Source: Patescibacteria group bacterium
GTDB taxonomy: Bacteria; Acidobacteriota; Aminicenantia; UBA2199
DNA length: 64,000 nucleotides
Direction: 5' to 3'
Assembly (NCBI GenBank): GCA_035528155.1
Contig: DATKZA010000121.1
Coordinates: forward strand, 26,554-90,553
Under the pieces are notes generated by a model. The model worked only from the letters and a program-made list of their open reading frames with translations, was not told the origin of the DNA and ran no database searches. Shown one piece after another: positions 21,223 through 30,630 of this stretch (position 1 is its first letter; each line of letters opens with the position of its first letter). The position numbers were made by a program, and so were the translations under genes.

Positions 21223-21773
21223 TAGTAGAAATAGATGGTTTTAGTGGAGCACTGCACGTTTTTCAAGCCCGGCAGCAGGGTAAACCAATCGAAGATCGAC
21301 TTCTTGGTCTTGGAGTTGAATTGGGCTGCATTGAACGCCTCATCGAGGACAGCGGGAGAAAAGCGGCTGCCGTTGATGACCATTTCCGAAAAAGCGAAGC
21401 GCATGTGATAATTACTGCATTCGAATTTGCCGCTGAAACTTACCTCCACGTCGCGCAGGAACTGGGGTACGGCAGCGTATTTTTCGCCGGCCAGCTTGAC
21501 CTTGAGAGTGCCGTTGACCAGGTTCTTGTCCTTCAGGTGCAGCTCGATGAAGGTCACTTCCTGAGCGTATTTTTTGACGTATATCAAGTTCAGGTATGAA
21601 TTCAATTCGCTTTCGCTGAAGGCAGTTTTTTTCAGGAAAAGGGCGGGCTGGCTGCGGGCGGCGATGCGCGACAGGAAACTGTCGATCCTCTTGGCTTTGT
21701 TCAGTGAAAAATCGGCTGCGGCGGCAAAAGCGGCCAGGGCCAGCAGCAGGCAAGCGGCGATTCTCGGTTTCAT
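21219..21773 (-). CDS. Hypothetical secreted protein
   Basis: N-terminal signal peptide MKPRIAACLLLALAAFAAAADF; no recognisable domain; 4-nt overlap with recG. Confidence 0.45.
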   Translation of the reverse strand: MKPRIAACLLLALAAFAAAADFSLNKAKRIDSFLSRIAARSQPALFLKKTAFSESELNSYLNLIYVKKYAQEVTFIELHLKDKNLVNGTLKVKLAGEKYAAVPQFLRDVEVSFSGKFECSNYHMRFAFSEMVINGSRFSPAVLDEAFNAAQFNSKTKKSIFDWFTLLPGLKNVQCSTKTIYFYY

Positions 21774-21774
21774 T

Positions 21775-22383
21775 TTATTTTATGATAACGGTTCGGCCCA
21801 GTATTTGCAAGCGGCCTGCGAAAAATTGGTGGACGGCCCAGGGATAAAGGCGGTGTTCCTGGCGCAGTATTCTCCGGCTGAGGGTTTCTTGCGTGTCGCC
21901 TTCGCGGACCGCGACCGCTTTCTGGACGATGACCGGACCGCTGTCGATCCCGGCATCGACGAAATGGACCGTGCAGCCGCTGACCTTGACGCCGTAGCGC
22001 AACGCCTGTTCCTGGGCGCACAGGCCGGGGAAGGATGGCAAAAGGGCGGGATGGATGTTCATGATGCGCCCGGGATATTTGTCGAGCAGCACGGGGCCGA
22101 TTAGGCGCATATAGCCGGCCAGGCAGATCAACTCTATGTTTTCGCGTTGCAAATATGCGCAGATCTCTTCTTCGTAAGCGGCCTTGTCGGGAAATTGCCT
22201 GGGATTGATATGATAGGCTGGGATGCCGAAATTGGTGGCTTTTTTCAGTCCCCGAGCGTTCTGGTGGTCACAAATGACCAAGCGCACTGAAAAGTTGGCT
22301 CTGATGTCCCGGGAAGCGCGTAGCATGGCCGTGAAATTGCTGCCCCGGCCCGATAAGAAAACCGCAATTCTTCCTTTGTTCAT
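21775..22383 (-). CDS. purN: Phosphoribosylglycinamide formyltransferase; the track ORF is over-extended across the tRNA and the real start is MNKGRIAVF at 22383
   Basis: RIAVFLSGRGSN...NIHPALLP...DAGIDSGPVI are PurN motifs. Confidence 0.85.
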   Translation of the reverse strand: MNKGRIAVFLSGRGSNFTAMLRASRDIRANFSVRLVICDHQNARGLKKATNFGIPAYHINPRQFPDKAAYEEEICAYLQRENIELICLAGYMRLIGPVLLDKYPGRIMNIHPALLPSFPGLCAQEQALRYGVKVSGCTVHFVDAGIDSGPVIVQKAVAVREGDTQETLSRRILRQEHRLYPWAVHQFFAGRLQILGRTVIIK

Positions 22384-22455
22384 GGTTGGTTTTTCTGACT
22401 TCTGGTTGTCATTTGCCGGATCCGATAAGTATCGCCGCGCGGAAATGAAAAGACA

Positions 22456-22540
22456 TGCCGAAGGGGGGACTCGAACCCCCGCAAGCGTAAAGCTCACCAG
22501 TACCTGAAACTGGCGTGTCTACCAATTCCACCACTTCGGC
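22456..22540 (-). tRNA. tRNA-Leu (anticodon CAG), type II long variable arm; CCA not encoded
   Basis: GCCGAAGTGGTGGAATTGGTAGACACGCCAGTTTCAGGTACTGGTGAGCTTTACGCTTGCGGGGGTTCGAGTCCCCCTTCGGCA folds as a cloverleaf; anticodon stem CCAGT/ACTGG with loop TTCAGGT. Confidence 0.85.
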
Positions 22541-22721
22541 ATGATACCTTACTTTATAAGTTAAAACCGACATTTTGTCAAGACCGCAAGGTCGGGATTC
22601 GTGCTTGAAAAGTTTCGCTTCACCGCCACTGCGGTCGGCGCCGTGATGATTTACTTCCGCCGGCGGCTGTAGTAGAATATCTTTTCAATCCGTTTCCCTA
22701 TTTCAATTTGGAGACAGACAC

Positions 22722-23603
22722 GTGAAACTGAGAAAAAGCGCAGCAGCTTTGCTGCTCGTATGTTTTTTTTCCGGCCAGGCAATTTTTTCCCAGGTGGGCG
22801 AAAGCGAAGAAGCTGAAAAAACCGTGGCCGAGAATACTGCAGCCAAAAAAAAAATCAGCACCTATGTCTCCGGTTTTTTCAAGGATGAAGCGGAAATGTG
22901 GTCGGCTCCCTTTCACCTGGACTGGGAGAACCTTGTGGTCTTTTCAACCGTGCTGGTCGGAGCCGGGTTGCTGGTGGCCAACGACGAAGGCATTTATGAA
23001 AATTTCAAACTGTACCAGAGCCGGAATCCCTGGGTGGACAAGGTGAGCCCCACGGTCACCATGCTGGGCGATTGGGGCGTGGACTGCGGCATCGCCGGCC
23101 TGTTCTTTCTTGGCGGTGTGCTGCTCAAGGACCAAAAAGCCCGGGATACCGGGTTGATGGCTTGGGAAACGCTGCTGCACACCGGCCTCCTGGTTCAGGT
23201 CGTCAAGCACCTGGCCGGGCGCCAGCGCCCCGAAGTCGAAAACGGCCTGGATTACTGGTACGGGCCCGCGGCTATTTTCAAACGCTACAGCCAGGGCTCT
23301 TTTTCGCATTATGACTCTTTTTTCTCCGGGCATACCGTTTCCGCCTGGGGGCTGGCTACGGTGATCGCCGAAAATTATAAAGATCACCGCTGGGTGCCGA
23401 TAACCTGCTACAGTCTGGCCACCCTGGCCGGTTTGTCGCGGGTGACCGAGGACGCCCACTGGCTGTCCGATGTCTTCCTGGGAGCGGTGATAGGTTACGC
23501 CGTGGGCAAGATGGTGGTGCGCAACCAAAACAAGCGCCTGCAGTGGTCTCCAGCCCTTTCCCCCGGCGGCATCGGCCTGGTCTTCAGCTACGAGATCAAA
23601 TAA
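22722..23603 (+). CDS. PAP2-family phosphatase with signal peptide and TM segments; GTG start
   Basis: PAP2 motifs KHLAGRQRP (KX6RP), FFSGHT (PSGH), SRVTEDAHWLSDV (SRX5HX3D). Confidence 0.8.
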   Translation: MKLRKSAAALLLVCFFSGQAIFSQVGESEEAEKTVAENTAAKKKISTYVSGFFKDEAEMWSAPFHLDWENLVVFSTVLVGAGLLVANDEGIYENFKLYQSRNPWVDKVSPTVTMLGDWGVDCGIAGLFFLGGVLLKDQKARDTGLMAWETLLHTGLLVQVVKHLAGRQRPEVENGLDYWYGPAAIFKRYSQGSFSHYDSFFSGHTVSAWGLATVIAENYKDHRWVPITCYSLATLAGLSRVTEDAHWLSDVFLGAVIGYAVGKMVVRNQNKRLQWSPALSPGGIGLVFSYEIK

Positions 23604-23806
23604 TTCATGGCAGTATCTGCCCGGGATCAATTCATCCTCCGGCCCCTTCTTTTGCGAAGAGATGGGAATCTAGGGGCACGGCGCGCCGTGCCCCTACGAT
23701 AGCCAAAGAGAAGGGTTGCGGGTGAGCTTGCTTTTAAGATTCCTATATGGGATTGGAATGAGTTTGCTTGGTTTACGAATCCCCGATTTAATGGTATATT
23801 TCACGA

Positions 23807-26197
23807 ATGACCGCCAAAACCCGGATTTTCATTTTATTTTTGTTCCTGATATGGATTGCCGCTTTGCCGGTCTTTGGTCAGGACACAGATGATGATAACG
23901 AGTTCATCATCTCAAGTTTCATGCTCGAGCGCTTGCCGGGCGGATATTTTTATCCGAATTTTTTTGAAAACTTGGCTCCGGACGCTACTTTCCTGATCGA
24001 GGAAAGCAATGGTTTCGCCCAACTTGATTTTCCCAAGGTTTATTTTGAAGGCGATTCTTATTCTCAGTTCAACTGGTTTTTTAACGGTTTTTCGATCAAC
24101 TCGGCCCTGGATGACGGTGCCCCGGCTTTCCAGCTGCCCTTTCTGACCATTGACTCTATGGCTTTGCAAAGCGAAACTCCCCAGCACCGCGACTATGGAT
24201 TTCATTTCCGTCTGCGCTCCCCGGTTGTAACCCGTTCACGGCTGATGGTTTCTTCTGTCTTTCCCAATATGGGCGGCTATACGGCACTGGGGAAAATGGC
24301 TATCGGCAACCATGCCAGTCTCAGAGCCGATAACCTGTACAGCGGCCGCCGGCAAATTTCCGGAAATCAAGCGTTTGATTACTCTTGGGAAACGAAATCG
24401 CCGCATTCTTCCTTTTTGCTGGGCCTGAGTTATTTCAATCAGGAACGCCGCTTCAACGATTTCAATTTCCGTGATGCCCAGTTTGCTGAAAAAGGCAACC
24501 TGCTGCAGCTTCTATCCCGCTGGCAAAGAGCATATGCCCGGGGAGTGCTTGATTTGTCCCTGGCGGTGAATGGCATCCGGCGCGACCGTTTATTTGCTGA
24601 GGAAGGGCGCTACCCCCAGGAAACCTATGATTTGGATAAAAAAACCTGGTTTGCCGGGGTTTCCTGGCAGGGCCGGCCGTTAAATTTTAGATTTTCCTGG
24701 CAGCTGGAATGGGAAAGACGGACACCAACGGTTCTGGACGCCGGCAAGGATTTGCAAGACATTGATGGGCAGGGATTTTATCCTTTTGAGAAGTGGGGTG
24801 ATTTTGGGGCAAATACCCTGGCTTTAGTTATCGATCAAAAGTATTCTTTTTCTTTACTGGGGGAAAAAGTCGAATTTGAACCTTTCCTGAACCTATCAGC
24901 CGTTCTTTTATCAGCGGCCGAACAAACCGGGTCAAGCAACGCCCTGTATTTCTCCAACCAGCCTTACCAGGTTATCGAATGGCAGAAAGGCGCTGAATAC
25001 CGCAATCAACGATTTCTGGGAACAGGTGGAGCTGAGTTGGCAATAACGATGGCTAGGAAAATCACCCTTAATGCCCGGCTATTTTTCCAATATCAGGAGC
25101 TTGTATTTGGGACGGCGCGCAATAATAGCCGTTTTTCCCAACCAGGTGGCGAACTTGGTATCACTTGGTTCGCTAATATCAAAACCAGGATTTCATTATC
25201 TTATGGCATTCTGCCTTATGAATTGCGAGCCAATGTCAGCGATTTCCTGGAAGACCAGCGTCCCGGAGCGTCCATTTTTTACTGGAATGATGACAACAGC
25301 GACGGCCGCTTCCAGAACCAGGAAAAAGGCGCTTTATTCGGTCAGGTCGGCGGTCCCAGCCATTTCCTTTCTCCGAATTTGCAACCGCCTCAACGGGAGC
25401 GCATCCTGCTGCAGCTGAACACTCGGCTCTCAGCCAATTTCAACCTTAACATCAAGGGACTCTACAAAAAAATCCGCCAACCCATATGGACATATTTCTC
25501 CGATAATTATGGCTATTACGAAGAGGTTGCCGGCCAGAATTACTATTTTTTCGACCGCCCGTTCAGCGCTTTTAAACTGGATAATGCCGCCTTTGACAAA
25601 GATCCGTTTTATGCCCAGTTGCTTATTCAATTGCAAGGACAAAAACTTCAGCGCTGGTTTTTTTCATTTTCTTTCCTGGCCCATATAGGCATGGGCTATA
25701 CTGCTTTTGGTAACGGTCCAACCGCCAATGATATCGGTATCATTTCCGAAAGCCAGGCTTTTCCGAATGCCTGGATCAATGGCTATGGGCGTGTCGACGG
25801 CGATCGGGCTTTCGTCAGCAAGATTTTTTTTGGTTACTATTTATCACGGCGTTTATTTCTGAGTGCCAGCATCAAATATCGTGACGGTAATCCGTTCGCT
25901 TTTATCAATGCTTTTAAGAAAAATGACCAATGGATCATCACCTACCAGACCATCAAGGCTGAGGATAAATATGGCAAAAAAGGCGGTCCAAGAGAGGATT
26001 GCCTTTGGGATTTCAATTTTAAATTCGGTTATGAGATTTCTTTGTTCGGTAAAAAAGGCCGTCTGGAACTTGAATTGTTCAATCTTCTGGATTTTGGCCT
26101 CGAATTGTCAGAAAATGTTTTTTCCGGCAGCAGCCGCCTGGCCAACGAACTGCAGCTGCCGCGCAGTTTGCGGCTGGGCCTGGTCCTGGAGTTATAA
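23807..26197 (+). CDS. Large hypothetical secreted/outer-membrane protein (796 aa); no recognisable domain
   Basis: Signal peptide; Gly/Tyr/Phe/Asn-rich with beta-strand-like alternation; GC visibly lower than neighbouring genes. Confidence 0.45.
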   Translation: MTAKTRIFILFLFLIWIAALPVFGQDTDDDNEFIISSFMLERLPGGYFYPNFFENLAPDATFLIEESNGFAQLDFPKVYFEGDSYSQFNWFFNGFSINSALDDGAPAFQLPFLTIDSMALQSETPQHRDYGFHFRLRSPVVTRSRLMVSSVFPNMGGYTALGKMAIGNHASLRADNLYSGRRQISGNQAFDYSWETKSPHSSFLLGLSYFNQERRFNDFNFRDAQFAEKGNLLQLLSRWQRAYARGVLDLSLAVNGIRRDRLFAEEGRYPQETYDLDKKTWFAGVSWQGRPLNFRFSWQLEWERRTPTVLDAGKDLQDIDGQGFYPFEKWGDFGANTLALVIDQKYSFSLLGEKVEFEPFLNLSAVLLSAAEQTGSSNALYFSNQPYQVIEWQKGAEYRNQRFLGTGGAELAITMARKITLNARLFFQYQELVFGTARNNSRFSQPGGELGITWFANIKTRISLSYGILPYELRANVSDFLEDQRPGASIFYWNDDNSDGRFQNQEKGALFGQVGGPSHFLSPNLQPPQRERILLQLNTRLSANFNLNIKGLYKKIRQPIWTYFSDNYGYYEEVAGQNYYFFDRPFSAFKLDNAAFDKDPFYAQLLIQLQGQKLQRWFFSFSFLAHIGMGYTAFGNGPTANDIGIISESQAFPNAWINGYGRVDGDRAFVSKIFFGYYLSRRLFLSASIKYRDGNPFAFINAFKKNDQWIITYQTIKAEDKYGKKGGPREDCLWDFNFKFGYEISLFGKKGRLELELFNLLDFGLELSENVFSGSSRLANELQLPRSLRLGLVLEL

Positions 26198-26202
26198 GGC
26201 TT

Positions 26203-26547
26203 TTACCGGCTTTTGCTCTCCAATTTTTCTTGGCAGGGGACGCAGAAGCGGGCAAAGGGCAGGACTTCCAGGCGCTTGGAGGATATTTCCTGGCCGCAGT
26301 GCAGGCATTTGCCGTAATGGTTTCTTTCGATGCGCTCCAGGGCTTCCTCCACTTCCTTCAGGTTGGCCCGCATGTTGTTGGACATGACAAAGCCCATTTC
26401 CTTTTCGATCAATTCGTTGGCCTGGTCGATCTCGTCCATGGCGCCACCGCCGCCGTTGGACGTATCCCGCCACTCGATCACTTTCAGAATTTCATCACGC
26501 AGGGCCTGGAGTCTTTTTCTTATTTTAGGGTTCTGTTCATTTTTCAT
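26203..26547 (-). CDS. DksA/TraR-family C4 zinc-finger protein
   Basis: Coiled-coil region followed by CLHCGQEI...CVPC zinc finger (CxxC-N17-CxxC). Confidence 0.8.
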   Translation of the reverse strand: MKNEQNPKIRKRLQALRDEILKVIEWRDTSNGGGGAMDEIDQANELIEKEMGFVMSNNMRANLKEVEEALERIERNHYGKCLHCGQEISSKRLEVLPFARFCVPCQEKLESKSR

Positions 26548-26556
26548 TTTTATCTC

Positions 26557-27021
26557 CTAGCGGTGATATTTGCCGCCATTTATTATGGTCACTGCCCGGT
26601 AGACCTGTTCCAAAAAAACGATGCGGAATATGTCGTGAGCGAAGGTCATATCGGAAAATGATATTTTTTGATTGAACTTCGCGGCCAGGGCCGGGGCAAA
26701 ACCGGCAAAGCCGCCGATCAGAAAGACCAGGCGGCCGGGGTGATAAGAGATTTTTTGCCCCAAAAACCGAGCAAACTGCAGCGAGTCCATTTTCTTGCCC
26801 TCCCTGTCCAGGGCAATGACAAAATCTTTTTCGCGAATTTCCTCAGCAAACATGATACCTTCCTTCTCCCTCACGAAAGCTTCCTCTTTGTTTTTTGTCT
26901 CCTTCAATTTTTTTATGCTGAATTTTACATAATAATTAATGTTTTGTAAATATTTTTTTTCAAGTTCTTGCAGGCCCTTGAATTTTAATTCGCCGCTGCA
27001 GATCAATTCAATGTTCTTCAT
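26557..27021 (-). CDS. rlmH: 23S rRNA (pseudouridine1915-N3)-methyltransferase RlmH (SPOUT)
   Basis: VIALDREGK...LVFLIGGFAGF...SFSDMTFAHDIFRIVFLEQVYRA matches the RlmH/YbeA family. Confidence 0.85.
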   Translation of the reverse strand: MKNIELICSGELKFKGLQELEKKYLQNINYYVKFSIKKLKETKNKEEAFVREKEGIMFAEEIREKDFVIALDREGKKMDSLQFARFLGQKISYHPGRLVFLIGGFAGFAPALAAKFNQKISFSDMTFAHDIFRIVFLEQVYRAVTIINGGKYHR

Positions 27022-27928
27022 GCTTTTTCAGCTTGTTGTACAATGATTTGCGCGAGATGTTAAGGATGCGCGCCACCCGGCTCTTGTTCTTGTATTTGCG
27101 CAACAGGTAGGCGGTATACTCGGCTTCCACCTCGGCCAGTGAACGCTCGCCCGACTGGATGAGGTCCAGAATGGGGCGCGGCCGGTCCAGAAGGGTCCAA
27201 ACGCCTTTTTCGTCCAGAATGCAGTCGCGCACGGCCAGGCCGTTCACGAAGTTTTCGAGTTCACGAATGTTGCCGGGCCAGGGGTATTGCAGCAGCTTTT
27301 GCCGGGCTTCCTCGCCGAGTTGAATTTTCACCCCTTTTTCAGTACAGAAATAGTTCAGCAGCGGCAGGATATCTTTTTTGCGTTCGCGCAGGGGCGGGAT
27401 GAAAATGCTGACCGTGGAGATCCGGTAATAGAGGTCGGCACGAAACTCGCCGCGGCGAACTTTTTCCTCGATGGTGCTGTCGGCCGAGAACAGGAAACGG
27501 GCCGCGATGTCGGCTTCCTGATTGCAGCCCAGGGGGAATATCTTTTTTCTTTCGATGACGCGCAAAAGCTTGGCTTGCATATGCAAACTCAAGAGATCGA
27601 TCTGGTTGAGGAAGATCGTGCCGTTCCCGGCCTGGCGCCATTTCCCCAAAAAGTCACGGTCGGCACCGGAAAAAGCCCCTTTCTGGTAACCGAACCATTC
27701 GCTTTCCAAGAGTGTTTCGGGCACATCGCCGCAGCCCAGATTGAGCAACGGTTGGAAGGGGCTGCTGCCGGCCAGGACGGCCGCCCAGAAATCCTTGCCG
27801 CTGCCGGTTTCGCCCCACAAGAGGACGGGCGTATCCAGCCCGGCGACTTTTTCGATCGCGGCCTTCACGGCCAGCGATTTTGGGTCCGGCAGGTTAGAAA
27901 TCAGGGGAAAAATCGTAACGTTTGGCAT
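27008..27928 (-). CDS. Sigma-54-dependent transcriptional activator (AAA+ sigma-54 interaction domain plus Fis-type HTH) with no N-terminal sensory/receiver domain (PspF-like)
   Basis: Walker A GETGSGKD, GAFTGA-type loop ESEWFGYQKGAFSGA, Walker B IFLNQID, C-terminal HTH VARILNISRKSLYNKLKKH; overlaps the rsfS 3' end. Confidence 0.75.
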   Translation of the reverse strand: MPNVTIFPLISNLPDPKSLAVKAAIEKVAGLDTPVLLWGETGSGKDFWAAVLAGSSPFQPLLNLGCGDVPETLLESEWFGYQKGAFSGADRDFLGKWRQAGNGTIFLNQIDLLSLHMQAKLLRVIERKKIFPLGCNQEADIAARFLFSADSTIEEKVRRGEFRADLYYRISTVSIFIPPLRERKKDILPLLNYFCTEKGVKIQLGEEARQKLLQYPWPGNIRELENFVNGLAVRDCILDEKGVWTLLDRPRPILDLIQSGERSLAEVEAEYTAYLLRKYKNKSRVARILNISRKSLYNKLKKHEEH

Positions 27929-28292
27929 CCATCCACAGCTTTTCCAGTGAAAACTTTTTCCGCCAGTCTGCCGAGAAAATGTTGATGATGAAATCGACGT
28001 AGTCGACCAGAATCCATTCGGACAGCCTTTCACCTTCGCTGCCCAGCGGTTGAAGCTGGAGATCTTTCTTGAGGTTCTCCTTGACGGCGTCGGCCAATGC
28101 CTTGTTCTGGCGAGCGGAGTTGCCGCTGCAAATAACCAGGTAATCGGTCATTTCGCTGATCCCCTTCAACTTTAGGACCGTGATCTTTTCCGCTTTCTTG
28201 TCCAGAAGGATCTGCACGGTTTTCTTGATCTCGCCCGGAATGCGGCGTTTGTGCAGATCTTCCAGGATCAGGCTGAATTCATCCTTCTTCAT
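27894..28292 (-). CDS. rsfS: Ribosome silencing factor RsfS (Iojap)
   Basis: DYLVICSGNSARQNKALADAV is the RsfS signature. Confidence 0.85.
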   Translation of the reverse strand: MKKDEFSLILEDLHKRRIPGEIKKTVQILLDKKAEKITVLKLKGISEMTDYLVICSGNSARQNKALADAVKENLKKDLQLQPLGSEGERLSEWILVDYVDFIINIFSADWRKKFSLEKLWMDAKRYDFSPDF

Positions 28293-28926
28293 ATAGTTTT
28301 ATTTCCTCCATGATCTTTTGCACGTTTTTTTCCACATAGGGAGAAATATCCTGGCCATGGGACATTTTTTTTCTGATGGCTGTGGCCGAGAGTTCCAGGT
28401 AGTCCGACACATAGGCGTGCAGGAATGCGGCTGGGGGTGGGGCCGAGTTTTCGCTTTCACGGCCCAAGGGGATATTTTCCTCGCGCAGCAGTTTCTCCAC
28501 TTTCTGTCGATGGCCGCCCCGGCGCAAAACGATGATGAAAAACACTTCCTGCAGGACCCGGCGGTATTCTTTCCAGGTGCGGATCTTTAAAAATCCCTCG
28601 CTGCCGGTGATAAAAAAGAAGTGTTCGTCCGGCTGCGCGGCTTTCAGTTCGCGGATGGTATCGATGGTCCAGGAATCTCCCTGGCGGTGCAGTTCCATGT
28701 CGCAGGGCAACAAACCGGGGTGGGGAAGCAGAGCGGCTTTGAGCATGGCCAGGCGCAGTTCCGCCGCCGGCAAGGCCTGCCGCTTTTTGTGCGGCGGTTG
28801 GGCGGAAAGAATATAAAGTATCCTGTCCAGGTTGAAGGCGGCTTTGATCTTCAGGCCCAGTTCGATATGCCCGCGGTGAACCGGATTGAAGGTTCCGCCC
28901 AGCAATCCTGTTTTAATCTGGCTCAT
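28279..28926 (-). CDS. nadD: Nicotinate-nucleotide adenylyltransferase
   Basis: GLLGGTFNPVHRGHIEL nucleotidyltransferase (H/T)xGH motif. Confidence 0.85.
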   Translation of the reverse strand: MSQIKTGLLGGTFNPVHRGHIELGLKIKAAFNLDRILYILSAQPPHKKRQALPAAELRLAMLKAALLPHPGLLPCDMELHRQGDSWTIDTIRELKAAQPDEHFFFITGSEGFLKIRTWKEYRRVLQEVFFIIVLRRGGHRQKVEKLLREENIPLGRESENSAPPPAAFLHAYVSDYLELSATAIRKKMSHGQDISPYVEKNVQKIMEEIKLYEEG

Positions 28927-29911
28927 GAAATGCGAAAATGGTTTTTTTCAATTTTTCCAGGTTGATCCCTCTAAGCGCCGATATTTCCACGTAGGGGATT
29001 TTACGCTTTCTGCAATAATTTCGCAAGACGTCGATCCGGGTCCTGTTTTCAGCAGTCAGATCAATCTTGTTGGCGGCCACAACCAGTTTTTTTTGCAGCA
29101 GCCGCGCATGGTGCATTTTCAGTTCGTTTTCCAGGACTTCATAACTTTTCATGGGGGGCAGGGAGCTGAAAGGCGACACATCGATGACGAAAAGCAGGAC
29201 CCTGGTCCGCTCGATGTGCCGTAAAAATTCCAGGCCCATGCCTTCGCCCTGGTGGGCGCCTTCCAGAATGCCTGGAATGTCGGCCACGATTAAACTCTTG
29301 TTCTTGAAATCCACCACGCCCAGGTTGGGGATGAGGGTGGTGAAGGGATAGTCGGCGATCTTGGGCCGGGCGGCGCTGATTTTTGAAATCAAGGTCGATT
29401 TGCCGGCATTGGGCAGTCCGACCAATCCGGCAAAAGCGATGAGTTTCAGTTCCAGGATTACCTTGATGACTTCGCCTTTTTCGCCCTTTTCGATCCGGCG
29501 CGGGGCCTGGTTGACCGAGGATTTGAAATGGATGTTGCCGCGGCCGCCTTTGCCGCCTTTGGCCAGGAGGAATTCCTGGCCGAGGCGCTCGAAGTCGAAT
29601 ATCAGTTTTTCGTCGGGAAAGGTCTTGACTACGGTCCCGGCCGGGACCTGGAGAATGATGTCAGCCCCTTTTTTGCCGGATTGCTTTTTGCTCCGGCCCT
29701 GGCCGCCGTTTTCAGCCTGGAACTGGCGTTTGTACTTAAAATCTGTCAGGGACTGGCAAACCTGGCTGCTGACCAGGATGATGTTGCCACCCTTGCCGCC
29801 GTCGCCGCCGTCCGGGCCGCCGTGCGGGATGAACTTTTCGCGGCGGAAGCTTAAACAGCCGTCGCCGCCGTTGCCGGCGCCGAATGAAATGATTGCTCTG
29901 TCAATAAACAT
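28913..29911 (-). CDS. obg: GTPase Obg/CgtA
   Basis: Gly-rich Obg fold N-terminus (GGDGGKGGN) followed by GTPase G1-G4 motifs (GLPNAGKST, DIPG, NKID). Confidence 0.9.
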   Translation of the reverse strand: MFIDRAIISFGAGNGGDGCLSFRREKFIPHGGPDGGDGGKGGNIILVSSQVCQSLTDFKYKRQFQAENGGQGRSKKQSGKKGADIILQVPAGTVVKTFPDEKLIFDFERLGQEFLLAKGGKGGRGNIHFKSSVNQAPRRIEKGEKGEVIKVILELKLIAFAGLVGLPNAGKSTLISKISAARPKIADYPFTTLIPNLGVVDFKNKSLIVADIPGILEGAHQGEGMGLEFLRHIERTRVLLFVIDVSPFSSLPPMKSYEVLENELKMHHARLLQKKLVVAANKIDLTAENRTRIDVLRNYCRKRKIPYVEISALRGINLEKLKKTIFAFHEPD

Positions 29912-29967
29912 GGGGTAGGGGATAAAAGGCTTGAAAAATTGGCGGGGTTTGAAAAACGCCGGCCAAA

Positions 29968-30219
29968 TTAATTGGGATCGACCTCGACGAATTTGTGCCC
30001 GGACCTGTCGACAAAGCGCACCTTGCCGGTAGCCAGGGCAAAAAGGGTGTCGTCCTTGCCGATGCCGACATTTTTACCGGGTCTGATGCGGGTGCCGCGC
30101 TGGCGGACTATGATGGAACCGGCATGGATCTGCTCGCCGCCGAATTTCTTGACGCCAAGACGCTTGGATGTGCTTTCCCGTCCATTTTTCGCGCTGCCGC
30201 CCGATTTTTTATGTGCCAT
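29968..30219 (-). CDS. rpmA: 50S ribosomal protein L27
   Basis: [16 protein letters not shown]...GKVRF is an unmistakable L27. Confidence 0.95.
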   Translation of the reverse strand: MAHKKSGGSAKNGRESTSKRLGVKKFGGEQIHAGSIIVRQRGTRIRPGKNVGIGKDDTLFALATGKVRFVDRSGHKFVEVDPN

Positions 30220-30566
30220 TATTCCGTCTCCTTGGTTTTGGCGCTGGCTTTGATCTCGATTTTTTCGATCTGGATCTTGTGGAGTTTCTGCCGGTGTCCC
30301 TGCGATTTGCGGTAGCCTTTTTTGGATTTCATCTTGTAGATGTGGATCTTTTCAGCCTTGATCTCATCGAGAACTTTCGCCTTGACTTTGGCGTTCTTGA
30401 CGTAGGGATCGCCGATCAGTACATCTTTATCGCCCTGAACCAATAAAACCGTGCTCAGGTTGGCCGTATTTTTTTTGACGAACTCTTCGGGAAGCAGTTC
30501 CACTTCCAAAATGTCGCCTTCGGCGATCTTATACTGCTTTCCGCCGGTTTCAAGTATGGCAAACAT
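30219..30566 (-). CDS. rplU: 50S ribosomal protein L21
   Basis: [18 protein letters not shown]... L21 N-terminus; start overlaps the rpmA stop. Confidence 0.95.
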   Translation of the reverse strand: MFAILETGGKQYKIAEGDILEVELLPEEFVKKNTANLSTVLLVQGDKDVLIGDPYVKNAKVKAKVLDEIKAEKIHIYKMKSKKGYRKSQGHRQKLHKIQIEKIEIKASAKTKETE

Positions 30567-30630
30567 GGTCGTATCTCCTTAAATGAATGTACCATTTTAT
30601 ATCACAATTTGCCGGTATAGTCAAACATTT

